Part shown: positions 20,572 through 30,108 of the stretch, piece after piece
Layout: every line of letters starts with the position of its first letter
How positions within the stretch are numbered: position 1 is the stretch's first letter
NCBI GenBank assembly: GCA_032128115.1
Contig: JAQBHB010000041.1
Location: forward strand, 1 to 64,000
DNA from: Deltaproteobacteria bacterium
Lineage (GTDB): Bacteria > Myxococcota_A > UBA9160 > SMWR01
Length of the DNA: 64,000 nucleotides
Direction of reading: 5' to 3'
The notes under the pieces: model-generated
What the model was told of the DNA's origin: nothing
The model's database searches: none
Seen by the model: only the letters and a program-made list of their open reading frames with translations
Program-made: the position numbers and the translations under genes

Positions 20572-21792
20572 TCACTCGGAAGCTGCCGACTCCTGTGACA
20601 CCGTGGTGTATGCCCCTTCGCGCACGGCGCGCAGGCGAGCGCGCGATGCAGCCGCGGCCTCGCATCCCGTGCCGGGCAGCCGGAAGCCCGTGTACATCAC
20701 GCGCCGTTCGCGTTCGGTGGGAGGTTGACTCATGTGGAGCGTGCAGCTCAGGTGCAGGGTCACGTCTCCCGCGCGCGTGGGCAGATCGATCTCCGGCAAG
20801 CCGTGATCGGGCTGGATCAGCGCCGGCCGCACCAGCGCGCGATGGGATCCCGCCACCACGCGCAGCTGACCCGAGGTGGCGTCCGCTCCCGTGACCGAGA
20901 TGCCCACCGTCAGACTGCAGCATTCGTAGCTATGACGACCCAGGCTGCAGTCCTTGTGCCACGGTACGTCCGAGATGCCCTTGACCACACCGATGGGCTT
21001 CACGAGCGCCTCGATGCGGTTGCCCTCCAGACCCCGGTGGGTATGGCCGTCGCCCGGGATCCCCCCCAGGCGCAGCAGGCGCTCGTCGCCCAGGATGGCG
21101 GCGGTCGCGGGCGACTTTTCGTCGAACGCCTGCATGCGAACCAGCCGGCGCTCGCCGTCGGCGGTGCTGGCCCACCAGCTGCGGCCATCGCCGTCCCGGT
21201 ATCCAGGCGCCGCCCGATCCATGTCCACGACCACCTGCGTCATCTCGTCTTCACGGAATACGCCCGCCAGGTGCAGGAAGCCCGCCTCGTGCAGGAAGTG
21301 GGACATCTCTTCCACGGGATCCTGGGGCCGGAAGCTGCGACCCAGGTCGAGGGGGCGGCCATCGCGATCCTGGAACTGCACGTCGCCCGGCGTGTGGATC
21401 CGCCGCCCGTCCAGGGCGCTGCGCAGAACGAGCCACCAATCGAGAAAGTCCGCCAGGCCGCCGGCCGGCATGTCCAGGCTGCCGCCAGTGAAGAACGTCA
21501 TGGGAGTGACCTGATCGGTAACCAGTGCGGTCAGGTCGTCGGCCGAAAGGCGCAGGTGGGCGCCTTCGGAGGCCGGCCCCGGCGCCGCCTCCACCCGATC
21601 GCCGTGCCAACGCAACGAGGTGTGTTCACTTTCCACCTCGATCGTGAAGGGTCGAAGGCCCAGGCGCGCAGCACCTGGCGCCAGCGCTTCGCGCTCCGCC
21701 TCCAATGCCTCGGGCAGCTCTCGGGAGAAGAACTCGTGGGGATCGACGACTCGGACGTCATCATCGGATCGGGTGCGAAGGTCGACGGACAT
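20572..21792 (-). CDS. Phytanoyl-CoA dioxygenase (PhyH) family Fe/2OG oxygenase with N-terminal SCP2-like domain
   Basis: GFLHLAGVF, PWHKD (HxD), GQLRVVAGSH, GDVTLH...LH...R; N-terminal ~120 aa with an SCP2-like pattern. Confidence 0.78.
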   Translation of the reverse strand: MSVDLRTRSDDDVRVVDPHEFFSRELPEALEAEREALAPGAARLGLRPFTIEVESEHTSLRWHGDRVEAAPGPASEGAHLRLSADDLTALVTDQVTPMTFFTGGSLDMPAGGLADFLDWWLVLRSALDGRRIHTPGDVQFQDRDGRPLDLGRSFRPQDPVEEMSHFLHEAGFLHLAGVFREDEMTQVVVDMDRAAPGYRDGDGRSWWASTADGERRLVRMQAFDEKSPATAAILGDERLLRLGGIPGDGHTHRGLEGNRIEALVKPIGVVKGISDVPWHKDCSLGRHSYECCSLTVGISVTGADATSGQLRVVAGSHRALVRPALIQPDHGLPEIDLPTRAGDVTLHLSCTLHMSQPPTERERRVMYTGFRLPGTGCEAAAASRARLRAVREGAYTTVSQESAASE

Positions 21793-21857
21793 CTCGGATT
21801 CCCGCTCGAAGCGTCACGATACTCTTTTGGCGTCCCGGAAGCGACTGGACGCGCCGA

Positions 21858-22436
21858 CTAGCGGCTCAGGCGACGGGCCGCGCGCAAAGCCACGGCCGCC
21901 ACCGGCACCCCGGCAAAGGGCACGTAATAGGCGCTCGTAACGGCCCGCGGAATGTAGCTCAGCGCGAAGATGGCCCAGATGATCCACGAGCCCAGCGTGT
22001 GCAGCAGGGTCCATCGCCGACGACCGAGCCAGCGCACCGCCGTGTCGTTTGAAGTGGCCATCTGGGCCACCAGGAAGACATAGGCGGCGCCTCCTCCGAT
22101 GAGCGTGATGGCCTGGAGATCCTCCAGAAACGGCTGGGGAAATGCGGCGGCGAGTGCCCCCAGCGCAGCCAGGTGCAGCAGGTGGTACGAGCCGAACGAA
22201 AGGCCGAGATAGCGTCGGTTGCGGAGCAGCCAGGCGGAGACCGGTGTTCGCCAGAACTTCCGAAGCGAAGACGCCGAAAAGGCCAGGCAGAACAGCACCA
22301 CGCCGATCTGCGCGGTCGCCCGGACGATCCGTCGCACGGCCTCTTCGGACCAACCGTCTACCAGCGCGACGCCGCCCAACAAGAGGATCATCACCGCGAA
22401 GGCGAAGGCCAGGATGCGCAAACGCTCGGGCGGCAT
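21858..22436 (-). CDS. Ferric reductase-like/MsrQ-like heme membrane protein
   Basis: RNRRYLGLSF..YHLLH, ATSND, W..LH motifs; multiple TM helices. Confidence 0.75.
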   Translation of the reverse strand: MPPERLRILAFAFAVMILLLGGVALVDGWSEEAVRRIVRATAQIGVVLFCLAFSASSLRKFWRTPVSAWLLRNRRYLGLSFGSYHLLHLAALGALAAAFPQPFLEDLQAITLIGGGAAYVFLVAQMATSNDTAVRWLGRRRWTLLHTLGSWIIWAIFALSYIPRAVTSAYYVPFAGVPVAAVALRAARRLSR

Positions 22437-22466
22437 GGGAAGAGGCTACCACGGAGATGCGGTGGC

Positions 22467-23174
22467 CTATTCGTCCCCGTCGGGCCCTGATGCGTCTTCG
22501 GCGCGGAACCGCCGGCGCACCGCCGAAGGCCGCGGCGCCCTCGTCCAGCGGCGGGTCTGCTCCGGGTCCAGTGGATCCTCGCCCGCCAGGTGTCGTTCGA
22601 AATAGGGCAGATCGTCGTAGCCCCAGAAGATTTCGCTCCCCACCGCCATGCACGGCACGCCGAATACGCCCTCCGCGATCGCCTGGTCGGTTCGAGCGCG
22701 AAGCAGCGCCTTGGCCTCGGGCGACTGGGCATTTGCGATCACGTGCGCCCCGTCGAGCCCGGCATCGTTGGCGAGTTCTTCCACAACATCCGGTTCGCTC
22801 ACATGGAGCTCGCGGACCCACACCGCCCGGAACAGGGCGTCGATCAGGGCGCGGCGCTCGGCGTCCGGCAGATCCAGGGACGAGGCGCGAAGCGCGAGCA
22901 GGGGATTGAAGGGGTGGAACACCGGCGGGTTCAGCGGCGTTCCGAGAAGAGCGGCCTTGCGCAGGTTGTTCTTCCACATCCAGTACGCTTTGGCGGGAAC
23001 CTCGGCGGGTCCCAACTGACCGTGGGCCTCGAGCAACCCCGCGAACAGCACGGGGATCGGCTCCATCTCGGCATCGTGTCGGGCGAGGATCTTCGGAAGC
23101 TCGAGCCAGGCCAGGTAGGCATTCGACGAGATGTAGTCGAAGTAGAAGCGGACCCGCGGCTTCCCATGCGGCAT
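22467..23174 (-). CDS. 2-hydroxychromene-2-carboxylate isomerase / GST-kappa (DsbA family)
   Basis: FYFDYISSNAYLA, HPFNPL, GVFGVP, FWGYD. Confidence 0.88.
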   Translation of the reverse strand: MPHGKPRVRFYFDYISSNAYLAWLELPKILARHDAEMEPIPVLFAGLLEAHGQLGPAEVPAKAYWMWKNNLRKAALLGTPLNPPVFHPFNPLLALRASSLDLPDAERRALIDALFRAVWVRELHVSEPDVVEELANDAGLDGAHVIANAQSPEAKALLRARTDQAIAEGVFGVPCMAVGSEIFWGYDDLPYFERHLAGEDPLDPEQTRRWTRAPRPSAVRRRFRAEDASGPDGDE

Positions 23175-23183
23175 CCGGTCAGA

Positions 23184-23927
23184 TTAGCCGAGTCTCGCGC
23201 CCTTGCGCACGACGACGGGCGAACCGTCGGCCACGAATGCCGTCGTGGGCGGTGCGGACAGGCATTCCGCGAACGCGTCTCCATACAGAGGGCCCACGTC
23301 CACGTCCAGAGACGCCCGGTCGGCCCGCCAGACGCCCCAGCGCGGATGCTCCACTCGATACTCCAGCGTGCCGCCGTCGGGCGCAGCCGCGTAGCCCCAG
23401 TAGTGCTCGGTGATGAAAGCCTCTTCACTGTCGACGGGGGGGATACAGGGAGAGCCTGAGAAGTCCAGGGAGAAGCCCTCCCAGCTGCCGGCACGACGCC
23501 ACTGGTAGGCCACCCGGCTGGATCCCGGTTCCTCGGCCAGCGACCGCGCGTGGCGCATGGGCCTTGCCACGTAGTTCTCGTGATAGGCGCGCCGCGCCAG
23601 CCACGCGATTGCACGCCGGGGCACCAGCTCCGTGATGAAGACCACGCCGCGGCGCCAGCCGTCCCACGCGCGGCGACGCACGTAGAAGCGCAGGTTCACC
23701 TCGTCGAAATCGCGGTGGAACGGGATCGGAATACCCAGCACCCGTGTCCGCAGGAACCGGAAACCCACGACGCTCACGAAGCAGCGGCCGGACCACGAGT
23801 CGAGCTCACAACCACGGGGAACGCGCGGCAAAAGAATCGCCGGGTCGATCTCGTAGTTGAGCATGGCCAGGTCGCGCCACTCGGCACTGAGGAATCGCGG
23901 CTGCGCTGCCGCGTCGCCAGCCGCCAC
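23184..23927 (-). CDS. DUF2071/YqjF family protein
   Basis: FLSAEWRDLAMLNY, FDEVNLRFYV, GVVF, FITEHYWGY, VEHPRW. Start placed at the GTG just after the hisA stop. Confidence 0.85.
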   Translation of the reverse strand: MAAGDAAAQPRFLSAEWRDLAMLNYEIDPAILLPRVPRGCELDSWSGRCFVSVVGFRFLRTRVLGIPIPFHRDFDEVNLRFYVRRRAWDGWRRGVVFITELVPRRAIAWLARRAYHENYVARPMRHARSLAEEPGSSRVAYQWRRAGSWEGFSLDFSGSPCIPPVDSEEAFITEHYWGYAAAPDGGTLEYRVEHPRWGVWRADRASLDVDVGPLYGDAFAECLSAPPTTAFVADGSPVVVRKGARLG

Positions 23928-23928
23928 C

Positions 23929-24684
23929 TCAGGCAACTGCCAGGTCGGCGTAGCGCAGGTGGTGGCCTCCAAAGATGTCCAGGGCGCTGCCCACGGTGAA
24001 ATCGAGGCGGCCGCGGCCGAGTCGCTCGATCGCCTCGATGTCGGCCAGACTGCGGATCCCCCCCGCGTAGGTGGCGGGAATCGGAGTGGCGCCGGAGAGA
24101 AGCTCCACCAGGTCGAGGTCGGGACCGGTCTGCTTGCCTTCCACCTCCACGGCGTGGACGAGAAATTCGGAGCAGGACTCGGCCAGCGAGCCCAGGGTTT
24201 CGGCGTCGATGGCCAGCTCCGTCCATGTCTGCCAGCGGTTGCTCATGACGAAGTAGCGACCGTCTCGACGTGCGCAGCTCAGGTCGAGCACCAGTCGCTC
24301 GCGATCGACGGCGGCGACCAGGCGCGCAAGGCGCGCAGGCGAGAAGACGCCGTTCTCGAACAGATAGGAGGTGGCGATCACATGAGAAGCCCCGCGCTCG
24401 AGCCACTGAGCGGCATTCTCCGGGTCGATGCCACCACCGATCTGCAAGCCGCCCGGGAAGGCCGCCAGGGCCTCACCGGCGGCCGCCTCGTTTCCAGGAC
24501 CCAGCATGATGACGTGCCCGCCGTCGAGGCCGTCGCGCCGGAACATCTCGGCAAATCGGGACGGCGAATCCTCGCTTTCAAAGTGGGTCTCGATCTTCCC
24601 GGCGTCCGGACCGTCGCGCAGGCTGGAACCGACGATCTGTTTGACCCGGCCACCGTGAAGATCGATGCAGGGGCGGAAACGCAT
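23929..24684 (-). CDS. hisA: ProFAR isomerase, eukaryotic (His6) type
   Basis: MRFRPCIDLHGGRVKQIVG, GGHVIMLG, LQIGGGI, GASHVIATS, LVLDLSC, EFLVHAVEVEG, TVGSALDIFGG. Alternative start at 24696. Confidence 0.92.
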   Translation of the reverse strand: MRFRPCIDLHGGRVKQIVGSSLRDGPDAGKIETHFESEDSPSRFAEMFRRDGLDGGHVIMLGPGNEAAAGEALAAFPGGLQIGGGIDPENAAQWLERGASHVIATSYLFENGVFSPARLARLVAAVDRERLVLDLSCARRDGRYFVMSNRWQTWTELAIDAETLGSLAESCSEFLVHAVEVEGKQTGPDLDLVELLSGATPIPATYAGGIRSLADIEAIERLGRGRLDFTVGSALDIFGGHHLRYADLAVA

Positions 24685-24754
24685 CAAACCATCCATCTCG
24701 TCGCGGGCCTGCTAACACCGACCCGAAATAGAAGCCGTGGAGTCGCGGAGGCGC

Positions 24755-25459
24755 CTACTTCGCCGTCGTTCCGTTCGGAATCTCCACGAGTCGAACGAAC
24801 GTCGCCACGTCGAGATCCGTCACCAGAACCCGGTCCCGGGTATTCCAGGCGTAGTTCATGGCCGAATCACATTTCAGGCAGTGGCGCAGGCCCAGCACGT
24901 GTCCAAACTCGTGGGCCACCAGCAGCCGGACCTGATCGACGCTGAGCTGGCTGAAGCGATCGGGTGTCGTCGAGATCTGCATCTCGCCGCCCAGACGCAT
25001 GCCTCCGCCTTCGACCTCGAGCATACGCATCCCCCCGAATCCACCCCACGGCCCTGTGATCCGGCGCTTCCATACCACTTGAACAGGAGCGTCCGCATCC
25101 TCCTCCACGAATTCGAGATCGAACCACGGCAAGCGCGCCTGGATCGCCGTCTCCCACATCGTCATGGCCTCGATCGAAACCTCCTGCGCCCGAGTGCTGC
25201 TCCCGTACTTGGGAGGTGCCTTGGGCCGACCGATCGCGACGCGCCAGGGCATGTCCTCGGGTGTAACGTGGAAGTAGGCCGGCTGGCCGTTTTTGAGGGT
25301 GACGTTGGGCTGCACGTAGTGACCCTCGGAAGCCTCGACGGCATCCGTCGGCTCGTCACGAGAATCGGGTTCCGAGGCCGAGATGGACGCCGCCGACAGC
25401 AACAGGCCCGACCCGGCCAACGAACCCGCGATCGCGACGGCAACCCTCCCGCGGATCAC
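24755..25459 (-). CDS. Secreted matrixin/M10-family zinc metalloprotease
   Basis: Signal peptide; HEFGHVLGLRH zinc motif followed by the SAM Met-turn; GTGA overlap with the MFS stop. Confidence 0.85.
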   Translation of the reverse strand: MIRGRVAVAIAGSLAGSGLLLSAASISASEPDSRDEPTDAVEASEGHYVQPNVTLKNGQPAYFHVTPEDMPWRVAIGRPKAPPKYGSSTRAQEVSIEAMTMWETAIQARLPWFDLEFVEEDADAPVQVVWKRRITGPWGGFGGMRMLEVEGGGMRLGGEMQISTTPDRFSQLSVDQVRLLVAHEFGHVLGLRHCLKCDSAMNYAWNTRDRVLVTDLDVATFVRLVEIPNGTTAK

Positions 25460-26640
25460 GGCGATGGCCTCGAGGGTCGCGAGGCCGCCACCATCACGAG
25501 CGCCAGCATCAGACAGCCACTCGCGGCCAGGAAGACCGGGGGGTAACCCTGGCTCTCGGCCAGCACGCCCAGGGCAAGCGAACCGACCGCGCCTCCCATC
25601 TGGAAGGAGGCCTGGAATAGCGCCATCACCTTTCCGCGTTCCAGCGGTCCCACGGCCTCGACGGCCAGCGCGTTGAACGCCGGGTAGAAGAGCCCGTGGG
25701 TCAACCCGATGCCGACGCCGAATATCGGAAGCGAGCCGGGCCACATCCCTGCCATCTCGTTCACCACCACCGCGTATCCTACCAGCGCAGCGATGGCAGT
25801 GGTGCGGCGCCCGACGCGGTCCATCAGGTGACCCAGAGCAGTGCGGACGAAGACTGCACCGGCGGCGTAGCCGACGAAGAATCCCCGCAGCTCGCCCATT
25901 CCCAGCTCGAGGGCGAACGGCTGGTAGAAGTTGAAGATCGAAACCAGGGCGGCGCCCGCCAGGCAGATCACGGCGTAGGCGTGCAGCTGTCCCGGTCGGC
26001 GCATCACCTGGATCAGCGTCGGAATCGGATCGTCGCCGTGGGGGCGTGGGTGGCGCTCTTGTACCCGCAGCGAGAGCAAGCCGCACAACAGGGCTCCTGC
26101 AGCGGCCGTTGCGAAGGCGACCTGCCAGCCATAGCGGCCAGCCAGCGACTCGACCATCGCCGGCGCGATTGCGTTCATCGACAGGAACGTGAGTCCGAAC
26201 AACCCGATGGCCTGGGCCACCCGCGCAGGCGGCGCGTGATCGACCGCCAGGGCCCCCCCGGCGGCGAACGCCATGGCGAACGCCACACCCTGCGCGATCC
26301 GCAGTCCATATAACAGCGGCCCCATCCGGTCCACCGCCGCGAAGGCCAATGAGGCGATCGTCATGATCACCGCCCCCCAGGTCAGGAAGCGACGCCGCCC
26401 GAAGCGATCGACTGCCACGCCCAGGGCCGGCATGGCCAACACCACCGTGACGCCATAGACCGCAGCGACCCGCCCGATCTCGGCAGGCCCCGCTCCGAGT
26501 TCGGTATCCAGGAACTTCGGGAGCATGAAGAAGCTGGAAAAGGCGTAGCCGAAGCCCGCTTGCGAAGTGAGCAGGGTGACGAAGCCGGGCGTGAAAAGCG
26601 GCGGCCCTTTGGCGATGGCAACGGCGACGGGAGTCGGCAT
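25456..26640 (-). CDS. MFS transporter
   Basis: About 12 TM; VDRFGRR and MDRVGRR loop motifs; GGAG RBS before ATG 26640. Confidence 0.9.
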   Translation of the reverse strand: MPTPVAVAIAKGPPLFTPGFVTLLTSQAGFGYAFSSFFMLPKFLDTELGAGPAEIGRVAAVYGVTVVLAMPALGVAVDRFGRRRFLTWGAVIMTIASLAFAAVDRMGPLLYGLRIAQGVAFAMAFAAGGALAVDHAPPARVAQAIGLFGLTFLSMNAIAPAMVESLAGRYGWQVAFATAAAGALLCGLLSLRVQERHPRPHGDDPIPTLIQVMRRPGQLHAYAVICLAGAALVSIFNFYQPFALELGMGELRGFFVGYAAGAVFVRTALGHLMDRVGRRTTAIAALVGYAVVVNEMAGMWPGSLPIFGVGIGLTHGLFYPAFNALAVEAVGPLERGKVMALFQASFQMGGAVGSLALGVLAESQGYPPVFLAASGCLMLALVMVAASRPSRPSP

Positions 26641-26848
26641 GGCTTGCTCCAGACATCGGGGACGCTCGGGCGTCAACACCGGCCGACGGCGCAGTGGGCT
26701 GACCCGTTCCCGGTATTGCCGCTTTCCGAACAGGCAGAAACTGCCGCAACTACCCGTTCTCCGGGCATTCTCAGTGAAGCTGCACCAAGCAGTCAAGCCG
26801 CTGCCTGCGTTGGTCGATGCACGCCATCAGAGGAGTCCACCCATAGCC

Positions 26849-28636
26849 ATGTCCGGCCCCGGCCTTCCGCCTTCGCTAGCCCCCGTACCGACGCCCGGCG
26901 TCCGCGGCAAGGTCGTGAGCGTGGTGTTCGGATCGGCCCTGCTGGGCGTGCTCGCGGTGGGCGCCACCTGCGTCCTGGCCGCCTGGATGTCCTTGAACCG
27001 GCAACTCCAGGAGGTCTACCCGGCCGTGATCCGGGCAAGCGGCGAAGGTGTGCTCGAGCATCTGGATCGGTCGATCCGGGCCATCGGTGATGTCGCGGCA
27101 GATCGGACCTTCCTGGACGGTGTAGCCGAGGCCGCCGATCGGTCCGATCGAAGCACCCCGGACACCACCCTCCTCAATCAGCTCAGTGGCGTACTCCTGC
27201 GCGCGAAGGTCTTCTCGTCCCTGGTGGCCCTGGATGAAAAAGGGCAGGTGCTGGCCGGTGTGGGTCCCGGCGCCGAGTTCCGCACCCTGTTGGATGCCCT
27301 GGCGCCCAGGGGTGCGCTGGATTCGAACCTCACGGACCTGATGGACACAGCCCAGCTGCGCAAGCGGCTGAGCGGCGTGCTCCTCCCGAGCGTGCAGATG
27401 CTTCAGATGGGCGACCTGCCCTCGCTTCCCCTGGCCTCGGCTTCGCTTCACGACGACCGCGGGCGACCGATCGGCTCCGTGCACGCCTTCGTGTCGCGCG
27501 CGGGCCTGGGCGAGCGCCTCCGCGCCGAAGTGCTTGGCGCGAACGCGACCGTTCTGCTCGTGAGCGAGGCCGGACGCACCGTCGCTTCGGCGGGTCCCTC
27601 CAGGCACTCCCCGCTCCATAAGCTTCCCGAAGCGCTCCTGCGCGAAAACTACGACACGGGCCCCGAGCGCCGCATGAACAATGGCGCGTGGTCGCTCACG
27701 GCCGCCCATGCACTGGGCGAATACGGCTTCACCATCGTGATCGAACAGCCCGTGCTCTCGGCCTATGCGCCCGCGCTGATGGCCGCCGTCGGTTTCGGCG
27801 TCATGGGGGTGCTGGCCATGGCGCTGATGACCTATTCGGCCGCGCGGCTCGGCCAGGGGCTGGTGCGTCCGATCAATCTCCTCTACCACGGCCTGCGCAG
27901 TGCCGCGCGCGACGAGCTGGTGGATCAGAATCTCCCGTTGCGCGGAGCGGTGGGCGAGATCGAGTCGCTGCTGATTGCCTTCAATGCCATGGCCGATCGT
28001 CTGCGCGCGCGCACCCACGAAACCGCGACCCATTCTCGCGCGCTGCAGGATCAGAACCAGGCATTCCAGCAGCATCACGAAAACCTGCAGAAGCTTTCCA
28101 TCACCGACGAGCTCACGCAGCTCCACAACCACCGCTTCTTCCAGGATCACCTGGGGCGCGAGATCAAACGCCTGGGTCGAACCGGTGAGACGCTGGCGCT
28201 CCTGCTCGTCGACATCGACTTCTTCAAGAAGCTGAACGACACCTACGGTCACGCGGCCGGCGACGAATTCCTGCGCCAGATCGCCCGTATCATGAGAGAG
28301 ATGGTGCGCGACACGGACCTGCTGGCCCGCTACGGGGGCGAGGAGTTCGCGATCGTCGCCACCGAGACGACCATGGAGGGCGCGATGATCCTGGCGGAGA
28401 AGATCCGCATGTCCATCGCCGAGGCCTCGTTCATCGTCGACGACACCATGCGACCGCGGAAGGCCACCGTTTCCATCGGAGTGGCCCAGTTCAACGGAAG
28501 CCGCACGGACCTGTTCAACTCGGCGGACGCGGCTCTCTATCGAGCCAAGGATGGCGGTCGCAACTGCGTGATCGCGGCCAACGACGACGAAGCCCAGGAC
28601 CACCCCGAGCTCGGCGGAGCCGATCCGGCCTCCTGA
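26849..28636 (+). CDS. Membrane diguanylate cyclase (TM-Cache-like-TM-HAMP-GGDEF)
   Basis: Two TM helices flanking a periplasmic domain, HAMP (EIESL..AFN.M), TDELT, DIDFFK..NDTYGH..GD, RDTD I-site, GGEEF. Confidence 0.9.
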   Translation: MSGPGLPPSLAPVPTPGVRGKVVSVVFGSALLGVLAVGATCVLAAWMSLNRQLQEVYPAVIRASGEGVLEHLDRSIRAIGDVAADRTFLDGVAEAADRSDRSTPDTTLLNQLSGVLLRAKVFSSLVALDEKGQVLAGVGPGAEFRTLLDALAPRGALDSNLTDLMDTAQLRKRLSGVLLPSVQMLQMGDLPSLPLASASLHDDRGRPIGSVHAFVSRAGLGERLRAEVLGANATVLLVSEAGRTVASAGPSRHSPLHKLPEALLRENYDTGPERRMNNGAWSLTAAHALGEYGFTIVIEQPVLSAYAPALMAAVGFGVMGVLAMALMTYSAARLGQGLVRPINLLYHGLRSAARDELVDQNLPLRGAVGEIESLLIAFNAMADRLRARTHETATHSRALQDQNQAFQQHHENLQKLSITDELTQLHNHRFFQDHLGREIKRLGRTGETLALLLVDIDFFKKLNDTYGHAAGDEFLRQIARIMREMVRDTDLLARYGGEEFAIVATETTMEGAMILAEKIRMSIAEASFIVDDTMRPRKATVSIGVAQFNGSRTDLFNSADAALYRAKDGGRNCVIAANDDEAQDHPELGGADPAS

Positions 28637-28645
28637 ACGGGCCGG

Positions 28646-29116
28646 TTACTTCATCTTCACCTGCTCCCGGATCTCGAGCACGCCACCAGCGGCGAGCCAC
28701 GCCTTGACGGTCTCGCCGGCCTGCTTCGGATTGTAGTTGTCCTCTTCGTAACTCCAGAGGTCGTCGCCCGCGTATCGGATCAGCGTCCAGGTCGGAAACT
28801 GGAAGGGGCTCCCGGCCGGGTCGCTGGGGTGGGACAGCCGATTCTGGCACTGGAAGATCACCCAGCCGCGTTCCTCGTCGATCACGTGCCAGTCCATGGG
28901 GAAGTCCATCTGGGGGAACGGCGCCATCACGCCGGTAATCCAGTCGCGCACCGCGTCGCGCCCGCGAAACTCCCCGTATGCGTGCTCCACGTAGTGCACG
29001 TCTTCCGTGAACTTGTCTGCCCACGCCTGCCAGTCGCGCGCGGCAGACGCCACGTCGTTCACTTCGCAGTAGCGGGCAAACGCTCTCTCCAGCTCGTCGC
29101 GCGTGAAGCGCCCCAA
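28646..29116 (-). CDS. NTF2/SnoaL-like protein
   Basis: AAGGAGG RBS + TTG; FTEDVHY.EH..G..RGRDAVR, EED.YNP. Confidence 0.85.
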   Translation of the reverse strand: MGRFTRDELERAFARYCEVNDVASAARDWQAWADKFTEDVHYVEHAYGEFRGRDAVRDWITGVMAPFPQMDFPMDWHVIDEERGWVIFQCQNRLSHPSDPAGSPFQFPTWTLIRYAGDDLWSYEEDNYNPKQAGETVKAWLAAGGVLEIREQVKMK

Positions 29117-29160
29117 TGTCCGCCCTCCTTCAGCGATGGATGGCGGCTATTCTACCGCCC

Positions 29161-30108
29161 GTGACCGAGGGGAATCGACGCGCGATCCTGGCGGCCTTCC
29201 TGGCCAACCTGGGAATCTCCGTGGCCAAGTTCGTGGCCTTCCTGGCCACCGGCTCGGCCTCGATGCTGGCTGAGTCGGTCCATTCGGTGGCCGACACCGG
29301 CAACCAGGGCCTGCTCTTCCTGGGCGCGGCCCGCGCCCGACGCGCTCCCGACGCGGAGCACCCCTTTGGCTACGGGCACGAGCGCTACTTCTGGGCCTTC
29401 GTGGTGGCGCTGGTGCTGTTCTCGCTGGGCGCGATCTTTTCCGCCGGCGAGGGAATCGCGAAGCTCCGCAATCCCCACCCACTGGATTCACCGGGCTGGG
29501 CGATCGGGGTGCTGCTGGCGGCAATCATCCTCGAGAGCTGGTCGTTCAACACGGCCCGGCGCGAAGCCAACAAGGTTCGCGGCGGACGCAGCTGGTGGGG
29601 CTTCATGCGCCACGCCAAGAGTCCCGAACTCCCGGTGGTGCTGGCGGAAGACCTGGGTGCCCTGATCGGACTCGTGCTGGCACTGCTGGGTGTGAGCCTT
29701 GCGGCCACTACGGGTGACTCGCGTTACGACGCCATGGCCAGCATCGGAATCGGGGTGCTGCTCGGCGTGATCGCCGTGGTTCTCGCCGTCGAGATGAAGA
29801 GCCTGCTGATCGGCGAATCGGCGGGGCCGAAGCACCTGACGGAAATCCGGTCGGCCATCGAAACCACCCCCCGCGTGCTGCGCCTGATCCACCTTCGCAC
29901 CCTGCACCTGGGACCCGACGAGCTGCTGGTGGCGGGGAAGGTGGAGATGGAAGCGAGCCTCGAGTTCGCCCAGGTGGCCGCCGTGATCAACGCGATCGAG
30001 GCGAATGTGCGCGCTCGGGCGCCGATGGCTGCGATGATCTACATCGAGCCCGACATCCACCTCACGCAGCCTCGGCCTCCCGATGCGGCTCCCACCCGAG
30101 CGACCTGA
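29161..30108 (+). CDS. Cation diffusion facilitator family transporter
   Basis: ESVHSVADTGNQ, HPFGYG.ERYFW, VLAEDLGA, LLIGE, IYIEPD. Confidence 0.92.
   Translation: MTEGNRRAILAAFLANLGISVAKFVAFLATGSASMLAESVHSVADTGNQGLLFLGAARARRAPDAEHPFGYGHERYFWAFVVALVLFSLGAIFSAGEGIAKLRNPHPLDSPGWAIGVLLAAIILESWSFNTARREANKVRGGRSWWGFMRHAKSPELPVVLAEDLGALIGLVLALLGVSLAATTGDSRYDAMASIGIGVLLGVIAVVLAVEMKSLLIGESAGPKHLTEIRSAIETTPRVLRLIHLRTLHLGPDELLVAGKVEMEASLEFAQVAAVINAIEANVRARAPMAAMIYIEPDIHLTQPRPPDAAPTRAT

Noticed and set aside
24755..26749. Long ORF-track entries (24755..26749, 7484..9019, 16230..17612, 35009..37153, 4624..6360, 62208..63959) as large proteins
   Set aside because: Their N-terminal extensions are Arg/Pro/Gly-rich shadow frames overlapping real genes; the true starts lie at stop/start overlaps, RBSs or -10 boxes.
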